Source: Methanocellales archaeon (GTDB lineage: Archaea > Halobacteriota > UBA148). Taken from it: 64,000 bases of DNA. This document shows, in pieces, positions 9,908-18,382 of this stretch. The notes below the pieces were generated by a model. The model was not told the DNA's origin, made no database searches, and was given only the letters and a program-made list of their open reading frames with translations. The position numbers and the translations under genes are program-made. The number at the start of each line of letters is the position of its first letter. Position 1 is the stretch's first letter. The DNA lies in assembly GCA_030019435.1 (NCBI GenBank), contig JASEEV010000003.1:2376-66375 (forward strand), given 5' to 3'.

Positions 9908-10723
9908 TTATGATGAACTAGTCAAATAATCGGCTATGTTGGAAATTAATTGATTATTATCTAAGACATTGTATGGCTCCGTTAAAAAAGTCAGATCGCT
10001 GATTGCCAGAACTTTTGAGTCGTCTGTAAGGACCATAGGCGAGTATTTTCCTTTTATTCCTTTGCTTGAAGAATATGTGTTTTCGTCGGTGAACATGATT
10101 CCTTCCTCGCTGGGGTAAATCGAACTCGACACGTAGAACACCACTCTATCCAAGTCTTTCGTTATGCTGTTTTCTTTAAAATCGCTCAGATAGATGTATT
10201 GGAAATTTCCTTCATTGTCCTTTAGATTATAAAGATAGTCATTCCAGAATATGATTCCAAAGTTGGATGACAAGGCGTTTATCTCGCTATCTCTGGTAGG
10301 ATCTGCGATCATCAGCAGCTTCCCACCGCCATCTACGAAATTTTTAACTTGATCTATTTCCTCTTCAGAAAAAGGAGTCACTGGCAAGATCACCACAAAT
10401 GAGTCGACATGTTCTAGTTCTTCTTCTAAACTTTTATTTCCTTTCAGATATTCAACAGAATACCCTCTTGAGATGATCCTTGATGCAAGTACGTTCAATT
10501 CTTCAGGCTCGAAATTATTGTCGTGAGAAAAATCAAATAAGACAGTTCCATCCCCCTTCTCATACACGTCAATGAATTCGCCCAAGACATGTGAGGAGAT
10601 GTTTATATCTCTCACATCCTGTAGGTTTGTTGGCGGCGCAAAGTACATTCCCCTATAAAAAACCAGAGTTTGTAATAAGATGACGATGAACACGACCATC
10701 AGCACGAAAGGTATTTTCCTCAT
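9908..10723 (-). CDS. secreted hypothetical protein
   Basis: N-terminal signal/TM (FVLMVVFIVILLQTLVF). It sits directly downstream of sppA on the same strand. Confidence 0.4.
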   Translation of the reverse strand: MRKIPFVLMVVFIVILLQTLVFYRGMYFAPPTNLQDVRDINISSHVLGEFIDVYEKGDGTVLFDFSHDNNFEPEELNVLASRIISRGYSVEYLKGNKSLEEELEHVDSFVVILPVTPFSEEEIDQVKNFVDGGGKLLMIADPTRDSEINALSSNFGIIFWNDYLYNLKDNEGNFQYIYLSDFKENSITKDLDRVVFYVSSSIYPSEEGIMFTDENTYSSSKGIKGKYSPMVLTDDSKVLAISDLTFLTEPYNVLDNNQLISNIADYLTSSS

Positions 10724-10727
10724 TTTC

Positions 10728-11579
10728 TCACCTTGGCTCGATGTAAAGATAATAATTAATTGGCACCGTGTTTGTTTGTTGGCTCAATGCAGATTCATCC
10801 ACAAAAAACGGGCGATGGATGAACGTTATGTTCAGTTTTTCGTTGATGTCTACTAGCCCATAATTAGCTATGCAGGCATAGCCTGCAGCCTTTTCAATCG
10901 CATCTGACTTTGATCCGATTTCGTCTATGAGCCCATACTTCAGCCCATCGATCCCTACATAGATTTCCGCCTTGGACAGCTCCTCTTTGTCTATCTTTAG
11001 TCGGTCACCTCTTTGAGCTATGACCGCTCTCAGAAAACTTTCCTTGACCATCTCAACTTGGCTTGCATAGTACTTTCTTGATTGACCTGTGGTCTTGTAG
11101 GGGCCGGATATTATCCGTTCTTCATCCAACTCCACTGGCCTAGGTAACACAGAGGTCACACCGATGCTGCCGACCTCTGATGCTGGTTTTGCATAAATGA
11201 AATTTGAGGCTATCGCGATATAATATCCGCCGGATACTCCTGCCCCATCGATCGAGACCACGACGGGTTTCTCGTCTCTTAATCCAAGAACTTCTAGGTA
11301 GATGGCTTCAATTTTAGATGCCTCCCCTCCGGGACTGTTTATCTCCAGAACGACGGCTTTTATTGAATCGTCTTCTCTAGCGTATCTCACCATTTTAACT
11401 ATATCATCTTTGGTCTTTTCATCCATAATGTGGCCATCGATCGTGATCACCCCGACATCTGGCATCTTTATCAAAAAGTTGAATATAAGGAGCCCCATGA
11501 TCAGGGCTATTATGATCAAAAGGACATAAGAATCCTTCAAGCGAGTTATTTTGTTCCAGAATGGTGCAAGACCCTGCAT
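10728..11579 (-). CDS. sppA: signal peptide peptidase SppA (36K type, S49 family)
   Basis: N-terminal TM, then an S49 fold with INSPGGEASKIE and a catalytic Ser-Lys region. Confidence 0.75.
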   Translation of the reverse strand: MQGLAPFWNKITRLKDSYVLLIIIALIMGLLIFNFLIKMPDVGVITIDGHIMDEKTKDDIVKMVRYAREDDSIKAVVLEINSPGGEASKIEAIYLEVLGLRDEKPVVVSIDGAGVSGGYYIAIASNFIYAKPASEVGSIGVTSVLPRPVELDEERIISGPYKTTGQSRKYYASQVEMVKESFLRAVIAQRGDRLKIDKEELSKAEIYVGIDGLKYGLIDEIGSKSDAIEKAAGYACIANYGLVDINEKLNITFIHRPFFVDESALSQQTNTVPINYYLYIEPR

Positions 11580-11653
11580 GTTTCCTCCTTCCTTTTTAAC
11601 TCGATAGATAGTATATGAAGTCCTTATATAATGCTACCTAACGATTTCGCTCA

Positions 11654-11880
11654 TGCCCCAGCTGGGAATTGAACCCAGGTCTTAGGCTGTCCGCACAACC
11701 TTCAAAAAGATTGATCATTTCAATGACCCACCCCATCTCGCTACGCTCGATGGGCCATTTTTATGTATGTTCCTACTGAGTGTTCAACCCGACGGGGCGA
11801 ACATAGGACGTTTTTGATCAAACTTTTTATTCAAAAGTTTGTGCCGCAGGCCCAAAGGATATCCACTACCCTACTGGGGC
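11654..11880 (-). tRNA. tRNA-Arg (anticodon GCG) interrupted by a ~155-nt intron at the canonical 37/38 position
   Basis: On the minus strand the acceptor halves are GCCCCAG and CTGGGGC, followed by discriminator A. The D-arm is GGGT-AGTGGAT(A)-(A)TCC(T). The anticodon stem is TGGGC/GCCTA. The anticodon loop is C-T-G-C-G-G with the splice after position 37. The T-arm is CTGGG-TTCAATT-CCCAG. An hBHBh' motif fits: the 4-bp central helix CUGC/GCGG, the 3-nt bulges GG|C and AC|A, and an outer helix ACAA/UUGU. CCA is not encoded. Confidence 0.7.
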
Positions 11881-12403
11881 TGATTTTTGTCATATCTTTC
11901 TTTATATAGCTTTATTGATCTCTCGATCGAGTTTTTCGCTTCTTTCGAGTCTTTCCATCCTACCATTTCTACTTTTTTCCCCTCGAGCTCTTTGTATACC
12001 TGGAAGAAATGTGCTATTTCTCTCAACATCTGCTGTGGCAAGTTTTCTGCATCTTTTGCCTCTTCAAATCTTGGATCATATTCTGGCACGCAGAGTATCT
12101 TGTCATCTGGCTTGCCCGCGTCTATGAGTCTTAACATGGCTATCGGTCTGCATTCTATTAGCATTCCTGGATGTGTTGGGTTTGTTACAAGCACTAGTCA
12201 TCTCCATCCTCTGCTAGCGTCTGCGGTATTATCCCATAGTCTCCTGGATAATGGAGGGGTGAAAATAATACTCTGTCTAGCTTGAATATATTGCGCTTCT
12301 TGTCGTATTCGTATTTGTTCTGTGAGCCTTTTGGTATCTCCACTACCACGTTGATTATATCCGGTGGCTTCTTTCCCGGCTCTATGTCATGCCATAGATT
12401 CAT
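11871..12403 (-). pseudogene. ppa: inorganic pyrophosphatase (family I) disrupted by a frameshift/in-frame stop
   Basis: ORFs of 69 aa and 107 aa in adjacent frames together reproduce a full PPase (…[18 protein letters not shown] then [28 protein letters not shown]…DDKILCVPEYDPRF). The break at ~12194-12200 lies inside the conserved EDGDP(L)DVLV metal-binding motif, and about 4 nt appear to be missing. Confidence 0.7.
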
Positions 12404-13542
12404 CGTTCCACCTCACATCTCTCTTGTTCTCTTATGATCCTTGCGATGTCATCTCCCACGTCAGAGGTTTTGGAAGAGCCTCCCATATCATACGTCCTGA
12501 CGTTGCCTTTGCTTATGCTCTGTTCTATCGCTCTTACTATCGTGTTCGATGCCTCCCTCTCCCCAAGATGCTCCAAAAGCATCGCTCCAGCCCAGATCGT
12601 GGCAATGGGATTTGCTTTGTTCTTTCCTTTATGTTTGGGAGCAGAGCCATGGATTGGCTCGAACATGCTCGTGCCTTGAGGATTGATGTTACCTCCGGGA
12701 GCGAGTCCCATACCACCCTGGATCATCGCGCCTAAGTCCGTCAGAATGTCACCGAACATGTTTGGCGTCACCACGACGTCAAACCACTCTGGGTTCTTAA
12801 CGAACCACATCGCTATGGCATCCACATAGTTGAGATCCGTCCTAACGTCAGGGTAATCAGCTGCAACCTTCTCGAAGATCTCTCGCCAGAAATCATACAT
12901 GGATATCACGTTTGCCTTGTCCACACTAGAGACGTGTTTTTTGCTTTTTTGAGCAAGCTCAAACGAATAGCGGATGACTCTTTCGGTGCCTTCCTTGCTG
13001 ATCATTCCGACTTGGTATGCGATCTCCTCGCTGTCGGAATCGATGTCAAGGTCGAACTTAACGCGATACAACTCTCTTATGATACTTAACTCATCCTTGC
13101 TGAATCCTTTTTTCGCCCGACCTCCAATTCCGATGTAAAAATCCTCGGTGTTCTCCCTTACGACTTTGAAATTAATTTCTTTGGACCCCTTGTTCCTCAA
13201 GGGCGTCCAGACGCCTTCCAATAACCTTACAGGGCGGAGATTGATGTATTGGTCAAAGTAGAATCTTATAGCTAGCAAGATACCCTTCTCCAAAATGCCA
13301 GGCTTGACTCGTTCATCACCTACTGCACCAAAGTATATCGCCTTATATTTTTTTAGCTCCCTCAATGTATCCTCTGATATCAACTCTCCGGTCTCTAGAT
13401 AGTAATCGGCTCCATGTGGATAATCGATCCACTCCAGATCAAAGCCGTGAACTTCTGCTGTAGCGTTGAGAACTTTCTTGCCCTCTGCGATGACTTCTGG
13501 ACCAATCCCATCTCCACTTATAACCGGTATTTTATATATCAT
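12400..13542 (-). CDS. isocitrate/isopropylmalate dehydrogenase family protein (3-isopropylmalate dehydrogenase-like)
   Basis: [11 protein letters not shown]-terminus and the [12 protein letters not shown] signature. It lies adjacent to a leuD-like gene. Its stop overlaps the ppa start (ATGA). Confidence 0.7.
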   Translation of the reverse strand: MIYKIPVISGDGIGPEVIAEGKKVLNATAEVHGFDLEWIDYPHGADYYLETGELISEDTLRELKKYKAIYFGAVGDERVKPGILEKGILLAIRFYFDQYINLRPVRLLEGVWTPLRNKGSKEINFKVVRENTEDFYIGIGGRAKKGFSKDELSIIRELYRVKFDLDIDSDSEEIAYQVGMISKEGTERVIRYSFELAQKSKKHVSSVDKANVISMYDFWREIFEKVAADYPDVRTDLNYVDAIAMWFVKNPEWFDVVVTPNMFGDILTDLGAMIQGGMGLAPGGNINPQGTSMFEPIHGSAPKHKGKNKANPIATIWAGAMLLEHLGEREASNTIVRAIEQSISKGNVRTYDMGGSSKTSDVGDDIARIIREQERCEVER

Positions 13543-14026
13543 GCGTTCTCCCTAACATGGTTTTCGTATATTCTATCAATCCGCCATGCTCGATGATATT
13601 TCTTACGAACTCTGGTAGTGGCATGGCTTGATATCTTTCACCTTTCGTCTTGTTGTTGATCATGCCTTTTGCGAGATCCACTTCAAGAGCATCCCCTCTC
13701 TCAATCTGATCGATCTTATCGCACTCGAGCACCGGCAGCCCAACATTGATGGCATTGCGGAAAAAGATCCTGGCAAATGACTTTGCAATGATACAGCTTA
13801 TGCCAGCGCCCTTCAGTGCCAGTGGTGCATGCTCTCTAGAGGACCCACATCCGAAATTTCTTCCGGCAACGATGATATCTCCTGGTTGCACTTGCTGTGC
13901 AAATTCTGGAAGTACTCCCTCAAATACATGCTTTGCTAACTCCTTGGGATCATTGATGGTGAGATACCGACCGGGAATGATGGCATCCGTATTGACGTCA
14001 TCCCCGAATTTCCAAACGTTTCCCAT
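13532..14026 (-). CDS. 3-isopropylmalate/homoaconitate dehydratase small subunit (LeuD family)
   Basis: 164 aa with [19 protein letters not shown] and [11 protein letters not shown] motifs. No large subunit is adjacent. Confidence 0.75.
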   Translation of the reverse strand: MGNVWKFGDDVNTDAIIPGRYLTINDPKELAKHVFEGVLPEFAQQVQPGDIIVAGRNFGCGSSREHAPLALKGAGISCIIAKSFARIFFRNAINVGLPVLECDKIDQIERGDALEVDLAKGMINNKTKGERYQAMPLPEFVRNIIEHGGLIEYTKTMLGRTHDI

Positions 14027-14099
14027 GATGGTCTAGAGATTGTACTTAAACCATCTTAAAGCTCATCTCAAAAATAGGACGTTCTATTTTTGGACCGGC

Positions 14100-14306
14100 T
14101 TATATAACGTCGTTCGATCTCGTACTAGGCTCCCATGTTAGCATTGCGGTGGCTATGCTCAGAAAAACGCCATAAGTAGCCACAAACCCTATAGCCTTCT
14201 GAAGATTCATGCTCGTCATGGTCATCAGAGCGCTGGTGACCAATGGAGCGCTGATGATGAACGTCATCCAGATTGCTATCCAAAATGCGATCGAACGATT
14301 TGTCAT
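14100..14306 (-). CDS. small two-helix membrane protein, hypothetical
   Basis: 68 aa with two hydrophobic helices. It is directly downstream of the roadblock gene. Confidence 0.3.
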   Translation of the reverse strand: MTNRSIAFWIAIWMTFIISAPLVTSALMTMTSMNLQKAIGFVATYGVFLSIATAMLTWEPSTRSNDVI

Positions 14307-14309
14307 CTC

Positions 14310-14720
14310 TCACAACAACCCCTTGATCTTGTCGGCAGCTTTTTCCATCTCGACGAGGATTGGACTCAACTCTGCTTTTGGGGGAGTTATGGTGACCAAA
14401 ATAGCTTTGGGACCAGCACCATAAGCAATAACCTTGCCCTTTTTCAATTCTACGATAATCTGACTTGAAATACCCTTCCACAGCTCCGCCGTTGCAGTCT
14501 CTGCTGCCCCCAACATCGTCGCACTCATCGCAGCGAAAAGACCAGATATGTCGGACGCCATGAGCAAACCCTCTCTTGAAATAGTCAGGTATGTCAGGTG
14601 CCATGATAAGTCAGATGCCATGAGCAAACCCTCTCTCGAAATGATCGCTGAGGCCTCCACTTCTACCGCTTCTTTCAAGTCATCTAGAACTTTTTCCAGC
14701 ATCTCTTTGGTTGTGGACAT
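14310..14720 (-). CDS. roadblock/LC7 (MglB-like) domain protein carrying an internal 20-aa tandem duplication
   Basis: The translation shows an ISREGLLMASD block repeated 20 aa apart. The N- and C-terminal parts match roadblock/LC7 alternation. Confidence 0.5.
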   Translation of the reverse strand: MSTTKEMLEKVLDDLKEAVEVEASAIISREGLLMASDLSWHLTYLTISREGLLMASDISGLFAAMSATMLGAAETATAELWKGISSQIIVELKKGKVIAYGAGPKAILVTITPPKAELSPILVEMEKAADKIKGLL

Positions 14721-14776
14721 CTAACCCAACCCTATGAATTTCTCATGTGGATGTTCAGTGCAGGACCGTCTTACCA

Positions 14777-15184
14777 TTATTGTCGCACCACCGTCACCGG
14801 ACAGTGGGCATTGCGGATAACTGCATCGGCGACGCTCCCCAGCGTGATCCTCTTCAGACCAGTCAGTCCCCTGGACCCCATGATTATCATATCGTAGTTT
14901 CCTTCCTCTGCTTCGCGGATGATCGTCACGTACACATCTGGGTCGGCGATCATCTTGGTATCGCACTCGACGCCGAGCTCTTTTGCCATATTCTTGATTC
15001 TCGCGAGCGTTCTCTCACTTTCCTCCTCATGTCTCCTTTCGACCGGAGGCTCCACTGGGATGACGTTGAGTGCCGTGACGCTGACGCCAAAGACGCCATA
15101 GTCCTTGGCAAATTGTAAGGCAAATCTAGTGGCTTTTTCAGCCTCAGACGATCCGTTGACGGGTAATAACAACTTGCTTATCAT
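14777..15184 (-). CDS. universal stress protein (UspA family)
   Basis: The probable start is MISKLLLPVNGS. A C-terminal MGSRGLTGLKRITLGSVADAVIRNAHCPVTVV signature is present. Confidence 0.75.
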   Translation of the reverse strand: MISKLLLPVNGSSEAEKATRFALQFAKDYGVFGVSVTALNVIPVEPPVERRHEEESERTLARIKNMAKELGVECDTKMIADPDVYVTIIREAEEGNYDMIIMGSRGLTGLKRITLGSVADAVIRNAHCPVTVVRQ

Positions 15185-15285
15185 CTTGTGTCCTATGTAC
15201 ACATATATACTATAAAAAGGTTTGGTTATTCTTCATATTTTTTACATTACTGATATAATTCTTTCTCTAATATTGTACAAAAAAG

Positions 15286-15293
15286 TTTATATA
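15286..15293 (+). promoter_or_regulatory. archaeal TATA-box-like element (TTTATATA) ~30 nt upstream of the wHTH gene
   Basis: A consensus-like TTTATATA lies in an AT-rich divergent intergenic region between uspA and the 15319 gene. Confidence 0.3.
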
Positions 15294-15318
15294 ATATATG
15301 GTAAATTAGAAGTATGGT

Positions 15319-15645
15319 GTGAGTATGGAAGTCTTAGAAGAAATCTTCGGCAAGTCAGTTCACCTACAGATTCTCCTCTTATATTACAATGACAGAAGGT
15401 TCTTTGACAATATCACAGGGCTTACCGAGAGGGTAGGGAAGAGCCATGTGACCGTGCGAGGGGTAGTAGCCGATCTTATCAGAGCACGTATATTAAAAGA
15501 GACGAACATCGGAAAGTCCCGGGTCATCACGATAGATGAGGGAGGACCTTATACGAAAGCACTCCTGGAATTCCTAGACAACGTAAAAACCATAAAACAG
15601 GATACATATCTTGAGGCGCTAATGAGAAAGCGGTTGACCAAATGA
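15319..15645 (+). CDS. small winged-helix DNA-binding protein, hypothetical regulator
   Basis: A 108-aa ORF from a GTG/ATG start with a wHTH-like central segment (SHVTVRGVVADLIRARILKE). Confidence 0.4.
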   Translation: MSMEVLEEIFGKSVHLQILLLYYNDRRFFDNITGLTERVGKSHVTVRGVVADLIRARILKETNIGKSRVITIDEGGPYTKALLEFLDNVKTIKQDTYLEALMRKRLTK

Positions 15646-15658
15646 TGTAACCCCATTC

Positions 15659-16495
15659 TCACGTTTCCTCCTCCTCGTCGCGCATGAGAAACACTCCTCG
15701 TAATGCTCTCATAGCCCCATCGACCTTAGCCTCTTCATGGACTGTTATGGCGTCAGCATTGATCTCGCCCATCACCCTGCTCCCTTTGTTAACATATACC
15801 TCACCTCTTGTGATCAGATCGCCATGGATCTCGGTGTTTTGTCCGATCTTTATTTCACCCTTCGTTCTGATGCTGCCGAACAGCGTGGTTTGATCCCCGA
15901 CCTTGATCGAATGAGCCCTGATGTTGCCTAACATGCGACAGTTATCTCCAATGATCGCTTTGTCTGGGATTCGGATCATGTCAAGGGTGATCTTGCTTCC
16001 ATTCGGCACGATCAGTGCCTGTTCGTTGAATATATCATTCTCTTCAGAAAACAACTCGTTCAGCATTTTCTCGACCTCCTCGCTTTTTCCTAGTCGTAGA
16101 AGTTCAGCCAGATATAAGAGAATATAAACGATTACTGGGACTGGGTTTCTGATCACAATCCAGCCCTTTGCCTCAAACCCTTCTTCGATATGCACGTCAT
16201 TTCCGATATCAAGATCGCCTTTCACGACCAATTTTCCTTTGATATTGGTCCGCTCACCTAGGTATGCGTCCTTTTTGGTGCGAACGTCACCGTTTATGTT
16301 TGACCAGAGATCTAGTCTGATATCCTCATCCGCTACGACATCTCCATCGATTTTTACTCGTTCGCCTATGATGATAGAGCGTGCAAAAAGTCCATAGCTG
16401 ATCTCAGAGTGGTTGCCGATGAGAACATCACCATCTACTATGATCGATCGTTCTTCCATCTGCGTGTTGTCTGGCATGACAAACGCACGAAGCAA
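15659..16495 (-). CDS. bactofilin-like (polymer-forming, left-handed beta-helix repeat) protein with central hydrophobic segment
   Basis: Repeated G-D/N-V-x-I/V motifs (IDGDVVADEDIRLDLWSNINGDVRT… KIGQNTEIHGDLITRGEVYV) sit in two blocks separated by VPVIVYILLYLAELL. Confidence 0.5.
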   Translation of the reverse strand: MLRAFVMPDNTQMEERSIIVDGDVLIGNHSEISYGLFARSIIIGERVKIDGDVVADEDIRLDLWSNINGDVRTKKDAYLGERTNIKGKLVVKGDLDIGNDVHIEEGFEAKGWIVIRNPVPVIVYILLYLAELLRLGKSEEVEKMLNELFSEENDIFNEQALIVPNGSKITLDMIRIPDKAIIGDNCRMLGNIRAHSIKVGDQTTLFGSIRTKGEIKIGQNTEIHGDLITRGEVYVNKGSRVMGEINADAITVHEEAKVDGAMRALRGVFLMRDEEEET

Positions 16496-16525
16496 TTCTG
16501 CTATACCATCACTCCCCTCTAGATA

Positions 16526-17737
16526 TTATGCCCCAAACTTTTTCGTATGATCGATTAAATCCATCAACATTGGCATTAGATCCATGCTACGAATGCGGCT
16601 CAGCCCACCAGTGGCAGCACTGATTTCATCGTAAGCCCTGACGTTGTCAACTCTAACTCCAGGTCCTGTGATCGCTACTGGAACTGGATCAGCTGAATGA
16701 TCTCTTACCGCTATGGGCGTTGAATGATCTGGTGTCACAACCACTAGCATGTCTTTCAGACCAATTATTGGCCCCAAAGCCTTATCAATCTTACCGATGA
16801 ACTGTATTTTCTCCTCGATGAGACCATCGTGTCCAGATTCGTCTGCGCCTTTGATGTTCAACAGCACGAAATCATGGTCCTCTAGAGCGCCGATGGCATT
16901 TTTGACTTTGGCATCGATATTAGAGTCTACGCCTCCTGTGGCGCCTTCCGTCTCAATATAATCCAATTCGTACATTCTTCCAATCCCAATGACCAATCCG
17001 GTGGCAGCGATCACAGCTCCCTTTAGCCCATACTTCTCTGAAAAAGTCTCGATTTTTTGCACAGCGCCAGCGCCCCTGATCAGTATCACATTCGCAGGGG
17101 GCTTGCCAATCCTTTTCCGCTCTATATTGAGAGGATGTGTTTCCAGGATCTTCTCTGCCTGCTCAATAAATTCATTCAAGATGTTAGCGGTCCTCTCTGC
17201 CTCTGGTCTAAGAGCATCGACCTTTCTTGCATGCATGTGATCATGTTTGGGATCCGATGCTGTTACATGTGGGCTAAGTCCTTCCCCCCTGAGCACCATT
17301 GCAGCCCTATGCCCAGTCGATTTCTTGAATATGAGTTCCGCGTCCAAATTCACCCCTTCTTGGATCGCTTTTGCAAGTTCAGCTGTGTCACGTATCCTTC
17401 CCGCTCGCCTATCTACGATTATGCCGTCTTTCATCGTCGCAAAATTACATCTAAAAGCGACATCGCCTTCTTTCAGACGAATGCCTACACCGGCTGCCTC
17501 TAGAGGCCCTCTACCGGTATAAACTTCATACGGGTCATATCCCAACAATGCCAAATGCGCAACATCTGAGCCAGGTCTGATGCCAGGCGCGATGGGATCC
17601 ATGATTCCATTGATGCCTCCCCTTGCAATCAAATCCAAATTCGGCGTCTCAGCCATCTGCAGTGGCGTTCTCCCCCCTATCGGACGGTCTGAGGCACCAT
17701 CTAAAACGACCAATAGTATCTTCTTGGCGATACCCAT
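16526..17737 (-). CDS. apgM: 2,3-bisphosphoglycerate-independent phosphoglycerate mutase, archaeal type, paralog 2
   Basis: 403 aa with LLVVLDGASDRP…TPNLD…DVAFRCNFAT and a C-terminal VTPDHSTP. It is clearly paralogous to the 6527 gene. Confidence 0.85.
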   Translation of the reverse strand: MGIAKKILLVVLDGASDRPIGGRTPLQMAETPNLDLIARGGINGIMDPIAPGIRPGSDVAHLALLGYDPYEVYTGRGPLEAAGVGIRLKEGDVAFRCNFATMKDGIIVDRRAGRIRDTAELAKAIQEGVNLDAELIFKKSTGHRAAMVLRGEGLSPHVTASDPKHDHMHARKVDALRPEAERTANILNEFIEQAEKILETHPLNIERKRIGKPPANVILIRGAGAVQKIETFSEKYGLKGAVIAATGLVIGIGRMYELDYIETEGATGGVDSNIDAKVKNAIGALEDHDFVLLNIKGADESGHDGLIEEKIQFIGKIDKALGPIIGLKDMLVVVTPDHSTPIAVRDHSADPVPVAITGPGVRVDNVRAYDEISAATGGLSRIRSMDLMPMLMDLIDHTKKFGA

Positions 17738-17770
17738 GAGTAGATGTTCTCTCTGCTTGGTATTTAAAAA

Positions 17771-18367
17771 CTACTCAGTTGCTTGAACCACAACTTCGTT
17801 TGGTCGATAGACGACCTCTGTCTTTCCGATCTCCACTCTGCGCAGCGGATAGATTTCTTTTGCCTCTTTATAGATGTCAGATGCGATCTTGCCGAGTACG
17901 ATCTCTTGGATGAATGCAGCGAAATCAAGTTTTTTTGCCCTAGAAGTCACGATGTCATGCATCATCTGCCGAATCGTTTTTATCTGAGGGTGCCGTGCCC
18001 GTCTGACTGTGAAGCAAGATGGCTTGACTCTCACTTTATATCCATTTTGCGTGGTTGCAAGGATGTTTGCATCGATCTTGGACGTTCGCCTCTTAACCAA
18101 GGATCGCATGTAGTCGTGCGCCATTTTATGACCGATAAACATCGTGTGTGCGCCATCCCCACCTATGTCATAAATCTCAAACAGCATCTTCGTGTTTTGC
18201 TTGGACCAGTCGTTGATCAGATCGCCCAAGGTGGTCTCCATAACTCTCCCTATCAGCTTCTCGGGCTCATCAGCAGGTGTTTCCCCGACGCTCACATGGC
18301 CAAACATCTCCGGAGCGATCACGTTATACCAGTTCTTCGCTTTCCACCCTTCTTTCTTCCTCGGCAT
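17771..18367 (-). CDS. rps3ae: 30S ribosomal protein S3Ae (eS1)
   Basis: N-terminus MPRKKEGWKAKNWYNVIAPEMFG. Confidence 0.85.
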   Translation of the reverse strand: MPRKKEGWKAKNWYNVIAPEMFGHVSVGETPADEPEKLIGRVMETTLGDLINDWSKQNTKMLFEIYDIGGDGAHTMFIGHKMAHDYMRSLVKRRTSKIDANILATTQNGYKVRVKPSCFTVRRARHPQIKTIRQMMHDIVTSRAKKLDFAAFIQEIVLGKIASDIYKEAKEIYPLRRVEIGKTEVVYRPNEVVVQATE

Positions 18368-18382
18368 GATGTTCTCCCTATC

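Noticed and set aside
11654-11880. Box C/D sRNA inside the tRNA-Arg intron (as in euryarchaeal tRNA-Trp introns)
   Set aside because: I searched the 155-nt intron for RUGAUGA/CUGA box pairs and found none. It has only a local A/U-rich hairpin.
12190-12200. In-frame TAG in ppa as a pyrrolysine codon or programmed recoding
   Set aside because: The downstream PPase sequence continues in a different frame and conserved catalytic residues are missing. Read-through alone cannot restore the protein.
14125-14604. 159-aa minus-strand ORF rich in Arg/Asp/His
   Set aside because: It overlaps the roadblock gene in another frame and has a low-complexity composition.
17057-17522. Plus-strand ORFs of 148 and 91 aa
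   Set aside because: They are antisense to the second apgM gene.
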